Below, piece after piece: positions 12,676 to 20,823 of a DNA stretch of 39,861 nucleotides; position 1 is the stretch's first letter; each line of letters starts with the position of its first letter. The notes below the pieces were generated by a model. It did no database searches, had not been told where the DNA came from, and saw nothing but the letters and a program-made list of their open reading frames with translations. The stretch covers positions 1-39,861 of the IMG/VR virus record IMGVR_UViG_3300048583_000181, one strand, 5' to 3'. The stretch comes from a virus. The translations under genes and the position numbers were made by a program.

Positions 12676-12857
12676 AAGAGGCCTTCCACGAAATCCGCCA
12701 CAGCTACGCGATCACCACTCACCGATCGCAGGGATCATCCTACCTCAAAACTTTCGTTGATCGGGAGGATATTCTACTCAACCGCAATCGGCAGGAGGCT
12801 TTTCGGTCGCTGTATGTGACCTGCACGCGGGCGAGGGAAGAGCTGAATATCTGTTGA
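12531..12857 (+). pseudogene. C-terminal remnant of an SF1 (RecD/Dda-like) helicase
   Basis: A manually translated alternative frame reads ...KKYLWREFWQLKEAFHEIRHSYAITTHRSQGSSYLKTFVDREDILLNRNRQEAFRSLYVTCTRAREELNIC*. YAITTHRSQGS and LYVTCTRAR match SF1 motifs V/VI. There is no start codon, no Walker A, and no earlier helicase motif upstream. Confidence 0.65.
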
Positions 12858-12874
12858 TCGGCTGAAATTTCCAT

Positions 12875-12919
12875 TTGACCGCATAATCCCGCGGGGTTAC
12901 TATAATGTTTCCCCGCGGG
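12875..12919 (+). promoter_or_regulatory. Candidate promoter TTGACC-N17-TACTATAAT, bracketed by a perfect 9-bp inverted repeat CCCGCGGGG/CCCCGCGGG
   Basis: TTGACC at 12875..12880 and TACTATAAT at 12898..12906. The arms are at 12888..12896 and 12911..12919, and CAATCAAGGAG follows. Confidence 0.5.
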
Positions 12920-12941
12920 CAATCAAGGAGCATCCCCCCGT

Positions 12942-13157
12942 ATGTCAGTCACCCCCGAAATGCAGATGAAGATCGCCCGCTGGCGTCAATCCGCCATCGC
13001 CGGAACCCTCTCCGAAGAAGAGTGCAAGGAGGCCATCATCTTCCTCCGCGGCGAACGCCTCGCCGCAGCATCCGCCCCCGGCGCAGCTTCCCGCGCAAAA
13101 GCTGTTGTCACCCAACTCAACGCGAACGATATGCTGAAAGACCTCGGCATTTTGTAA
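12942..13157 (+). CDS. Hypothetical protein (71 aa). Its C-terminus resembles that of the 5190/9163 paralogs.
   Basis: AAGGAG RBS. Ends ...NANDMLKDLGIL; compare SVDTASLLADLGVG and SVDTGAMLSALGIG. Confidence 0.75.
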   Translation: MSVTPEMQMKIARWRQSAIAGTLSEEECKEAIIFLRGERLAAASAPGAASRAKAVVTQLNANDMLKDLGIL

Positions 13158-13179
13158 CCTTAACCAGGGAGCCATTATC

Positions 13180-13425
13180 ATGGACGTTCACTGCCACACC
13201 CATACAATCCCCACTTCCGCCGGCCTGCGGGAGTTCGGCATCAGCGACGCCATTCGCCAGCCGTTTGTTACGCTCGATCTCCATCAACCACAGAGCCGTC
13301 TGTCGATCTTCATCAGCAACACACCGGAAGGTCGCGCACTCGCAAAGCAGATAATCGAGCTTCTCCAAGAAGCCTTCTTCACCCCGGTTAAGTCTGAAGC
13401 CGATTTGCCGGAATTCGCCAAGTGA
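13180..13425 (+). CDS. Hypothetical protein (81 aa)
   Basis: ORF track entry, with AGGGAG upstream. Confidence 0.7.
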   Translation: MDVHCHTHTIPTSAGLREFGISDAIRQPFVTLDLHQPQSRLSIFISNTPEGRALAKQIIELLQEAFFTPVKSEADLPEFAK

Positions 13426-14357
13426 CCCGCCGCCCCTTCCCCATGGCGATCGACTCGACCATGCTCGCCGCTTTTCGCTCGTGCCCGCAAAAGATGTTTC
13501 GCCAATACATCGAGCACTGGAAACCCAAAACCGACTCTGTCCACCTAATCGCGGGAGGCGCATTTGCAACCGGAATTGAAGAAGCTCGTCGCGCCTACTA
13601 TGAGCGAGGTGCAGACGCAGATACTGCTGTCGGAATTGGCCTTGGAGCACTGCTTCGTCACTACGGCGACTTTGAGTGCCCGCCCGACAGCGCAAAGTCT
13701 GCCGAACGCACTGCAGGCGCACTCGAATTTTATTTCGACAATTACCCCCTTGACAATGATCCTGCCGTGCCTCTCACTTTCGCTGACGGAAGCCGGGGCA
13801 TTGAGTTCTCTTTTGCTCAACCTCTTCCAATCCCACACCCAGTCACGGGAGACCCTCTCCTTTATACGGGCCGCAGTGATATGCTTGCATCATTCGCTGG
13901 AGGAAATTTCGTATTCGACGAAAAGACCACCAGCTCCTTAGGTGCATCATGGGGTCGACAGTGGGATATGCGGAGCCAATTCACCGGCTATTGCTGGGCT
14001 GCTCAGCAGTTCAGCATCCCAATCTCTGGTGTCATCGTTCGCGGGGTGTCGATCCTCAAGACCAAATACGACACTCAGCAAGCCATCACCTACCGCAGCC
14101 AGTTTGAGATCGACCGCTGGCTCCATCAGGTCTGCCGCGATATTCAGCGCATGATCGCTTGTTGGGAAGAGGGTTATTGGGACTACTCCCTCGACCACGC
14201 TTGCACGGAGTATTCCGGCTGCGTCCTCACCAATGTCTGCAAATCCGCCGACCCGGAGTCCTGGTTGCCGATCTATTTCGACCAAAAAGTCTGGGATCCT
14301 CTTGCCCGCCGGGAGCTATCCATCGCCGAATACGACGCCGGGCTGACAGGGCAATGA
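13422..14357 (+). CDS. PD-(D/E)XK (RecB/Cas4-like) exonuclease with a four-cysteine cluster
   Basis: Contains GRSDML...FVFDEKTT (a D...DxK nuclease core), an N-terminal Cys in FRSCPQK, and a C-terminal CTEYSGCVLTNVC. GTGA overlap with the upstream gene. Confidence 0.75.
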   Translation: MTRRPFPMAIDSTMLAAFRSCPQKMFRQYIEHWKPKTDSVHLIAGGAFATGIEEARRAYYERGADADTAVGIGLGALLRHYGDFECPPDSAKSAERTAGALEFYFDNYPLDNDPAVPLTFADGSRGIEFSFAQPLPIPHPVTGDPLLYTGRSDMLASFAGGNFVFDEKTTSSLGASWGRQWDMRSQFTGYCWAAQQFSIPISGVIVRGVSILKTKYDTQQAITYRSQFEIDRWLHQVCRDIQRMIACWEEGYWDYSLDHACTEYSGCVLTNVCKSADPESWLPIYFDQKVWDPLARRELSIAEYDAGLTGQ

Positions 14358-14689
14358 GCGTGTTCTATTCCTTCTTTTTCCGTGGGGAATACTATGGACA
14401 AGGGGAAGTCACGCCATTACTCCTTGGCTGGCAACACTCCCCATCCTATTCCTTCCTCTGTCCAAGTTGTGGTGAGGTCTGGCTCAAGGCAAAAGCAGAA
14501 GTTCGGGTCGATACGATTTACTCCGCCAAGCGTTTCCAGGGCTTTCACGCAGTCTGCCCCTCGTGCCCGCCAGCTCCTTACGACATTCCCGGAGTTATCC
14601 CCAATCATGCCCCCAAGCTTCCTTGGTCAGTGGAGGTTCTCCGTCAGCAGGTTATTGCTCTCGCAGCAAACACTTCTGTTTGTCCGTGA
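14354..14689 (+). CDS. Zinc-ribbon protein (111 aa)
   Basis: ATGA overlap with the upstream gene. Two CPSC motifs (CPSCGEVW and CPSCPPAP). Confidence 0.65.
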   Translation: MSVFYSFFFRGEYYGQGEVTPLLLGWQHSPSYSFLCPSCGEVWLKAKAEVRVDTIYSAKRFQGFHAVCPSCPPAPYDIPGVIPNHAPKLPWSVEVLRQQVIALAANTSVCP

Positions 14690-14752
14690 TTGTATCGGCC
14701 TGTTAATGCTGGTCTATTTCTTCATTTTCTTCTATTTCTCAGGAGTTCGTCC

Positions 14753-15616
14753 ATGACTGAAACCTACACCCTCCCCGGCTTCAACACCCTTCTCATGGGC
14801 CCTTCCGGTTCCGGCAAAACCCACGCCCTCGGCACCCTTGTCGATACCGGCATCGAAGTTTTCGCTCTGTTCAACGAAGCCGGGATGGAGTCTCTCCTCG
14901 GTTACTGGACTGACCGCGGCAAGCCCATCCCCGCCAATCTTCATTGGCACAAACTCGCCGCGCCAAAAGCATCTTTTGGTGATCTGATCAAATCCGCCAC
15001 TTCCATCAATACAATGAACCTCGAAGCCCTCGCCAAGATGTCCGATCCGCAGCGATCAAACCACAATCAATTCATCACTCTGCTGGAAGTCCTCAACAAC
15101 TTTCCGGACGATCGGACTGGCGAAAAATTCGGCCCGGTTGATCAGTGGGATCAGTCCCGCGTCTTGGCCATCGACGGCATGACTGGCATCAACAACGCAG
15201 CGATGTCGCTGGTCATCGGCGGCAAGCCCGTTCGCAACCAGTCTGATTGGGGGGTGGCGCAGGGTATCATTCTCAACCTTCTCCGCAAGCTGACTGACAA
15301 CTGCGTCTGCCATTTCGTCTTGATCGCCCACGTCGAGCGGGAAACTGATCAGGTGCTCGGCGGCATCAAGCTGTCTGTCTCAACATTGGGCAAGGCCATT
15401 GCCGGGCAAATCCCCGCCATGTTCTCCGATGTCATCCTGACCGTCCGCGAAGGTTCCGAATGGTATTGGGACACGGCCAACACCCAGGCCGATGTCAAGA
15501 CCCGCAACCTTCCAATCGCCGGCAAGCAAAAGCCCAACTTCGCCACCATCGTCGGCAAGTGGCGGGCGCGCAATGGGCTGAAAGAAACCATTGACACGCC
15601 CGCCGCCGCCGCCTAA
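14753..15616 (+). CDS. P-loop ATPase (phage AAA/RecA-like, Sak4-type context)
   Basis: AGGAG RBS. Walker A LMGPSGSGKTHA, and the hydrophobic strand plus acidic residue VLAIDG. Neighbours are a nuclease and an SSB-like gene. Confidence 0.7.
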   Translation: MTETYTLPGFNTLLMGPSGSGKTHALGTLVDTGIEVFALFNEAGMESLLGYWTDRGKPIPANLHWHKLAAPKASFGDLIKSATSINTMNLEALAKMSDPQRSNHNQFITLLEVLNNFPDDRTGEKFGPVDQWDQSRVLAIDGMTGINNAAMSLVIGGKPVRNQSDWGVAQGIILNLLRKLTDNCVCHFVLIAHVERETDQVLGGIKLSVSTLGKAIAGQIPAMFSDVILTVREGSEWYWDTANTQADVKTRNLPIAGKQKPNFATIVGKWRARNGLKETIDTPAAAA

Positions 15617-15662
15617 CCTAATCATCCACCACCACCAACCGCAACCGAAAAGGACTCTCCGC

Positions 15663-15989
15663 ATGAACATTTTTGAAGATATGGATGAAGCCGCTGTCTT
15701 AATCAGCACCCATTTTCCTGACGAGTCCGTTAGCATGGGCGTTGCCGCCAGCGTGTGCAGGGGCAAATACACCCCAGAGTGGCAAGCTTCGATGTATTGT
15801 GGCCGGACGAAATACACTTCGATCCGCGGCAGCGGCAACAGCTTCGTTGAAGCCGTGACCAATCTGATCGTCGCGCTGAAGGCGTATGAAGCCGCTTGCC
15901 TGATGCAGTCCGATGTCACGCATATCGAGCGCAATGTTTTGCAGATCGCTGCCCCGGCGGAGGCTGGTGAAAGCGATCTTCCGTTCTAA
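15663..15989 (+). CDS. Hypothetical protein (108 aa) ending in an SSB-like acidic tip ...ESDLPF
   Basis: ATG at 15663 (MNIFEDMDEAAV). The C-terminus is AAPAEAGESDLPF. Confidence 0.7.
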   Translation: MNIFEDMDEAAVLISTHFPDESVSMGVAASVCRGKYTPEWQASMYCGRTKYTSIRGSGNSFVEAVTNLIVALKAYEAACLMQSDVTHIERNVLQIAAPAEAGESDLPF

Positions 15990-16076
15990 CCCTTTCCTAT
16001 ACCAGCGCCAGGGAGTCGCTGGCATCTTAGCAACCCCACTCCCCAATTCCAACCTCAACAGAAAGAACCTTCAACC

Positions 16077-16526
16077 ATGACAACCTTCAACCCCGCCGAC
16101 TTCCTCAACCAGACCTTTGATGAAGCCAACTCAACCGTCTCCGTTCCCGTTCCTGAAGGCGAATTCCTCGCCATCGCGGACAAGGTCGATCTGAACACCT
16201 GGCAGAAGCGCGACGGTTCCGCCAGCGGCCTCAAGCTCGACATCGTCTGGGACATCCAGGACGCCGAACTCCTCGCCATGCTCGACCGCCCGAAGGCAAC
16301 TTCTCGCCAGTCGATCATGCTCGACCTCACCGAAACCGGCCAGCTCGATTTCGGCAAGGGCAAGAATGTCCAGCTCGGTCGTCTCCGCGCCGCACTGGAT
16401 CTCAACGAACCGGGCAAGCCTTTTAGCTTTCCGATGATCACTGGCCGCATGGGTAAGGTGTCGATCAAGCACCGCATCGACGGCGACCAGATCTACTCGG
16501 AAGTCAAGGCCGTCGCCCACCCGTAA
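16077..16526 (+). CDS. Hypothetical protein (149 aa), possibly a ssDNA-binding protein (assigned from position only)
   Basis: ORF track entry. It sits between the ATPase block and the ParB-methyltransferase gene and is followed by a strong terminator. Confidence 0.35.
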   Translation: MTTFNPADFLNQTFDEANSTVSVPVPEGEFLAIADKVDLNTWQKRDGSASGLKLDIVWDIQDAELLAMLDRPKATSRQSIMLDLTETGQLDFGKGKNVQLGRLRAALDLNEPGKPFSFPMITGRMGKVSIKHRIDGDQIYSEVKAVAHP

Positions 16527-16549
16527 CACCTCCCCAAGGTGCAACCTAG

Positions 16550-16583
16550 CCGGGGGGAGTTTCGCGCTCCCTCCGGCATTTTT
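16550..16583 (+). terminator. Rho-independent terminator
   Basis: 10-bp stem CCGGGGGGAG/CTCCCTCCGG (one G-U pair) with a 7-nt loop, followed by CATTTTTG. Confidence 0.8.
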
Positions 16584-16596
16584 GTGGAAGTCGATT

Positions 16597-17925
16597 ATGC
16601 CATTCATCAAACTCTCCGAAATCACCATTTCCCCAAATCGCCAGCGGCAAGACTTCGACCCCGAAGCACTTACCGAGCTGGCTAATTCCATCGCCACACA
16701 CGGCCTATTGCACGCGCCAGTGTTGCGTATGGGGGACGACGGCCAACGCGTGCTCGTGGCCGGGGAACGCCGGTTGCGGGCGATTGAAACCCTATACATG
16801 ACCGGGGGGACGTTTACCCATGACGGTCGCTCAGTCCCGCCCGATCACATTCCATTTACCGATCTCGGCGACCTATCCCCAATCGAAGCGGAAGAAGCCG
16901 AGCTCGACGAAAACCTCCGCCGGGTCGATCTGACGTGGCAAGAAGTTGCCGCAGCCACCGCCCGTCTGCACGCGCTCCGCTCCCGCCAAGCCGAAGCGAT
17001 CGGCAAGAAGCAGCTCCAATCCGACACCGCAGCCGAGTTGCACCCCGATCTCAACCCCGCGGCTGCGCAGACAAAAGTCGCCAATGCGCTTGTCCTCTCC
17101 CGCAACTTGGAAGACCCGGATGTAGCGAAAGCCAAATCCGCCGCCGAAGCCACCAAGATCATTGCGAAGAAAGAGCAGGCAATCCGCCACGCCAATCTCG
17201 CAACGACAGTCGGACGCACCTTCAATTCTTCCATCCACGAGCTGCATCACACCGATTGCATCACTTGGCTCACCACCTGCCCGCACAACACTTTCGATGT
17301 CATCCTGACCGACCCGCCTTATGGCATGAACGCGCAAGACTTCGGTGACGGCGCTGGTCGGCTGGTTAACTCCGAACACCACTATGACGACAGCTATCTT
17401 GCGTGGCAGAGGCTCGTCCAACAGCTTTGCCCTCTCCTATTCGCCGTTTCCAAGCCCGAAGCCCACGCCTATATCTTCTGCGACATCGACCGTTTCCACG
17501 AGCTGAAAGCTGAAATGACCAACGCCGGTTGGTATGTCTTTCGCACGCCAATCATCAACTATAAGCCCAATTCCGGTCGCGTCCCGCTCCCCGACCAAGG
17601 CCCACGACGGCAGTATGAAATCTGTCTTTACGCAATCAAGGGCAAGAAGAAGGTCAACGCGATCTACTCCGATGTCATCCCAACCGTGCTGGAAGAAAAC
17701 CTCACCCACGGCGCGCAGAAGCCAGTTGAGCTTTACGAAAACTTGCTCAAACGCTCCGTCGTCCCCGGCAACATTGTCCTCGATGCTTTCGCGGGCACCG
17801 GCACGATCTTTCCCGCTGCGCATAAGTTCCAGTGCAAGGCTGTCGGGCTGGAGATGTCTCCGGAATACTACGGCATCTCCGTAACTCGCCTCAACAGCCT
17901 CGACGAAGCTCCTAATCTCCTCTAA
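16597..17925 (+). CDS. ParB-like nuclease domain fused to a DNA methyltransferase (DPPY type, probably N6-adenine)
   Basis: N-terminal ParB box: ISPNRQRQDF...LLHAPVL...LVAGERRLRA. Methyltransferase motif IV is ILTDPPYG, and the AdoMet motif VLDAFAGTGT lies at the C-terminus. I moved the start to 16597, downstream of the terminator T-run. Confidence 0.8.
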   Translation: MPFIKLSEITISPNRQRQDFDPEALTELANSIATHGLLHAPVLRMGDDGQRVLVAGERRLRAIETLYMTGGTFTHDGRSVPPDHIPFTDLGDLSPIEAEEAELDENLRRVDLTWQEVAAATARLHALRSRQAEAIGKKQLQSDTAAELHPDLNPAAAQTKVANALVLSRNLEDPDVAKAKSAAEATKIIAKKEQAIRHANLATTVGRTFNSSIHELHHTDCITWLTTCPHNTFDVILTDPPYGMNAQDFGDGAGRLVNSEHHYDDSYLAWQRLVQQLCPLLFAVSKPEAHAYIFCDIDRFHELKAEMTNAGWYVFRTPIINYKPNSGRVPLPDQGPRRQYEICLYAIKGKKKVNAIYSDVIPTVLEENLTHGAQKPVELYENLLKRSVVPGNIVLDAFAGTGTIFPAAHKFQCKAVGLEMSPEYYGISVTRLNSLDEAPNLL

Positions 17926-17946
17926 CCACCTCACAGGGGAAAATTT

Positions 17947-19638
17947 ATGATTATGCCAGACGGCCTGCCCACCAGCCGTATCATGATCGTGCAAGAGTGC
18001 CCTGGAGAGCCAGAACACCAAATCGGTCGAGCTCTTCAGGGCCTCAATGGCATTGAATTTAACAAAATGCTTACCGAAGCTGGTATCATGCGGTCGGAGT
18101 GCTTTGCCACTTCTGTCATCCGCACGCGCATCTCAATGAACGATATCAACACCCAAATCTGCCACCGCAAGAAAGACGCCACCGATCGCCACTCCCCCTA
18201 TTTCGACAAGCTCGTAACTCAGGAGTTTCAAGATGGAGCATCCCTCCTCTTCAAAGAAATTGCTCTCGTCAAACCCGACGTTATTATTGCTTTGGGAAAT
18301 GGGGCATTGTTTGCGCTCACTGGAAAATGGGGAATTAAGCAGTGGCGAGGTAGCCAGCTTCCTTTCTCGACTGGAGACGGCGACAGCGCAGTATCGTGCA
18401 CTGTTATTCCCACCTACGACCCCGGCTGGATCAAGCGAATGTGGAGTGAGCGGTCAATCGCAGTGCAAGACCTCCGACGGGCAAAAGGGGTTAGGGACAC
18501 TGGATTTCATCAACCGCTGGATGGCGGACAGAGTAGAAGCCGAAAAGACCCCATTGTTGGGCGGGGATATAATTTCATTCTCCGGCCAAGCGTCGAAACC
18601 GTATTGTCTTGTCTGCAAGCGCTCCAACGAACTGTCGAGCTGTCTCCGACGCGATTGTCAGTGGATATTGAAACCCGCGCAGGGCACACCGCTTGCATTG
18701 GAATAGCTTGGTCGAAATCCGATGCAATCTGTATTCCGCTGATGTGTGTCGAGAGCCCGGCGGGCTATTGGCTGGAAGAAGAAGAAACCGCGATCAGCTT
18801 TGCGCTGTATAAACTCCTCACCCACCCAAATGCCGAAGTTATCGGACAGAATTTCGCCTACGATGCGCAGTATTTCTACCGCCATCTTCACTTCATCCCC
18901 AACCTCAAACGCTGCACGATGATCGCTCAGCATACGATGTTCTCCAACCTTCCTAAAGGTCTAGATTACCTGTCGAGCATGTATTGTGACGAGCACATTT
19001 ACTGGAAAGACGAGTCCAAAAACTGGGATCCAAAAGTCGGGGAAGATCAGCTTTGGGCGTATAACTGCAAAGACTGCGTGATCACTTACGAAGTCGATGA
19101 GAAACAGCAAAAGTCCATCGACGAACTTGGCTTGCGGAAAGTCCACGATTTCCAACAAGCTCTTTGGTGGCCAGTTCTTGAGACCATGAACCGCGGTATT
19201 CGGGTTGAGCAAGCTGGAAAAGCTCGCCTCGCCCAGGAGCTATTTGCTGCCATTCAAGAACGCGAAGCCTGGATTATCCGTGTCATCGGACGCCCACTGA
19301 ACCCAAAATCGCCAAAGCAAATGGCAGATTTTTTCTACCGGGAAATGGCGCAGCGACCAGTTATCAACCGCGCGACGGGCAGCCCAACTTGCAACGATGC
19401 TGCGCTGACAAAGATCGGGGAGCGGGAGCCGCTATTACTCCCTTTGATCAACGTCATATCCGAATTGCGAAGCCTCGGTGTTTTCCTGTCAACCTTTGTC
19501 CAAGCCCCACTCGACATCGACAGCCGGATGCGGTGCTCCTTCAACATCGCCGGGACAGTCACCTACCGCTTTTCGTCATCCAGCAACGCTTTTGACTCCG
19601 GCATGAATTTGCAGAATATCCCGAAGGGAGACGATTGA
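17947..19638 (+). CDS. DNA polymerase A family, part I: UDG-like N-terminal domain, 3'-5' exonuclease, and the N-terminal part of the polymerase
   Basis: UDG family-4-like QECPGEPE. Exo I is VDIETRA, Exo II is GQNFAYDAQY, Exo III is YNCKDCV. The ORF ends ...MNLQNIPKGDD*, immediately before where motif A is expected. Confidence 0.85.
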   Translation: MIMPDGLPTSRIMIVQECPGEPEHQIGRALQGLNGIEFNKMLTEAGIMRSECFATSVIRTRISMNDINTQICHRKKDATDRHSPYFDKLVTQEFQDGASLLFKEIALVKPDVIIALGNGALFALTGKWGIKQWRGSQLPFSTGDGDSAVSCTVIPTYDPGWIKRMWSERSIAVQDLRRAKGVRDTGFHQPLDGGQSRSRKDPIVGRGYNFILRPSVETVLSCLQALQRTVELSPTRLSVDIETRAGHTACIGIAWSKSDAICIPLMCVESPAGYWLEEEETAISFALYKLLTHPNAEVIGQNFAYDAQYFYRHLHFIPNLKRCTMIAQHTMFSNLPKGLDYLSSMYCDEHIYWKDESKNWDPKVGEDQLWAYNCKDCVITYEVDEKQQKSIDELGLRKVHDFQQALWWPVLETMNRGIRVEQAGKARLAQELFAAIQEREAWIIRVIGRPLNPKSPKQMADFFYREMAQRPVINRATGSPTCNDAALTKIGEREPLLLPLINVISELRSLGVFLSTFVQAPLDIDSRMRCSFNIAGTVTYRFSSSSNAFDSGMNLQNIPKGDD

Positions 19639-19639
19639 A

Positions 19640-20356
19640 ATGGATATGCCCAACATTCGCAAGCTATTCATTCCCGACCCCGGCTATTCTTTCTTCGACA
19701 TCGACCTTGACTCCGCCGATCTCCGTATCGTCGTCTGGGAGTCCGATTGCAAAGAAATGAAGGCCATGTTTGCAGAAGGGAAAAAGCCGTATGTCGAAGT
19801 CGCCAAAGAATACTACCGAGACCCCTCCATCGACAAGCATCACCCTTCCTATAAAATCTTTAAATCCCTCTGCCACGGAACTAACTACCTCGGCAAAGCC
19901 CGCGGCATCGCCCCGCGAGTTGGCCTTGTTGTCGCTGATGTCGAGCGTATCCAAAACTGGTATTTTGGTAAGTTCCCAGAAATCAAGCAATGGCAAGACA
20001 ATATCATCTCGTCCATCAATCGGCAAAAGTTTATCACAAACGTATTCGGTTATCGCATCAATGCTTTCGACCGGATTGACGACAATCTATATCGAGCCTT
20101 CGTCGCCTGGGTGCCGCAGTCCACGGTCGCTTGTCTTATCAACCGAGGTTATTACAACATCTATAAAAATCTCCGCGAAGTGCAGATCCTGCTCCAAGTC
20201 CATGACTCTCTGGCTGGGCAGTATGAAACGCATCTCGGAGATTGGGCCACTCGGAGAATTGTTGAAGAATGCTCGGTGCCGCTGCCATATGCCGAACCGC
20301 TGATTATTCCGGTCGGCATTTCCAGTAGTAATCTTAGTTGGGGAGATTGCAGGTGA
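19640..20356 (+). CDS. DNA polymerase A family, part II (motifs A, B and C)
   Basis: Begins MDMPNIRKLFIP... Motif A is FFDIDLDSADLRIV, motif B-like is YKIFKSLCHGTNYLG, and motif C is LLQVHDSL. It starts 1 nt after the part I stop, in a different frame. Confidence 0.85.
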   Translation: MDMPNIRKLFIPDPGYSFFDIDLDSADLRIVVWESDCKEMKAMFAEGKKPYVEVAKEYYRDPSIDKHHPSYKIFKSLCHGTNYLGKARGIAPRVGLVVADVERIQNWYFGKFPEIKQWQDNIISSINRQKFITNVFGYRINAFDRIDDNLYRAFVAWVPQSTVACLINRGYYNIYKNLREVQILLQVHDSLAGQYETHLGDWATRRIVEECSVPLPYAEPLIIPVGISSSNLSWGDCR

Positions 20357-20823
20357 GTAATGAAAAGCATGGGCACACGACAGCGGGTAAATGGTCGCCT
20401 GAGTATAACTCTTGGGTAGGGATGAAAGCCCGTTGCGATAATCCTAAACAGAAAAAATGGCATTTATATGGCGGTCGAGGTATTACCTACTGCCAAACAT
20501 GGACAAATTTTGAAGTTTTTTATGCGGAAATGGGAACCCGTCCAGCCGGTCACACATTGGAGCGCATAGACCGTGACAAAGGGTATAACCGAGAAAATTG
20601 TAAATGGGCAACTGCAACAGAGCAAAACTTGAATTTAGGATTACGCTCGGATAATACTTCCGGGTATAAAGGTGTGAGTTGGAAAAAGCAAATCCAACGA
20701 TGGATCGCTCGTGGGCAGATTGATGGTATTAGCTACCTTCTTTATTGCGGGCCGTCTTTTGACGAGGCAGTAGCGGCGCGCCAAGATTGGGAAGATGGAC
20801 AAGCAAGCAGGTTTTACTCATGA
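20353..20823 (+). mobile_element. Free-standing HNH homing-endonuclease-like gene with a C-terminal AP2-type DNA-binding domain
   Basis: GTGA overlap with polymerase part II. Contains SPEYNSWVGMKARC...YGGRGITYCQTW...LERIDRDKGYNRENCKWATATEQNLN, followed by SGYKGVSWKKQIQRWIARGQIDGISYLLYCGPSFDEAVAA. Confidence 0.75.

Noticed and set aside
16131-16799. 222-aa minus-strand ORF, and similar long antisense ORFs inside the methyltransferase, polymerase, tailspike, fibre and internal-virion genes (for example 17437..18021, 23861..24880, 27426..28316, 29897..30970, 33982..35280).
   Set aside because: Each lies opposite a gene with recognisable motifs or strong operon context. Their arginine-rich translations are typical of shadow frames.
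19630-19645. Programmed ribosomal frameshift joining the two polymerase ORFs.
   Set aside because: There is no slippery heptamer or homopolymer at the junction (CCGAAGGGAGACGATTGAAATGGAT), no obvious downstream stimulatory structure, and part II has its own ATG one base after the stop. A split gene or an assembly indel is more likely. I still list it as something to check in the reads.
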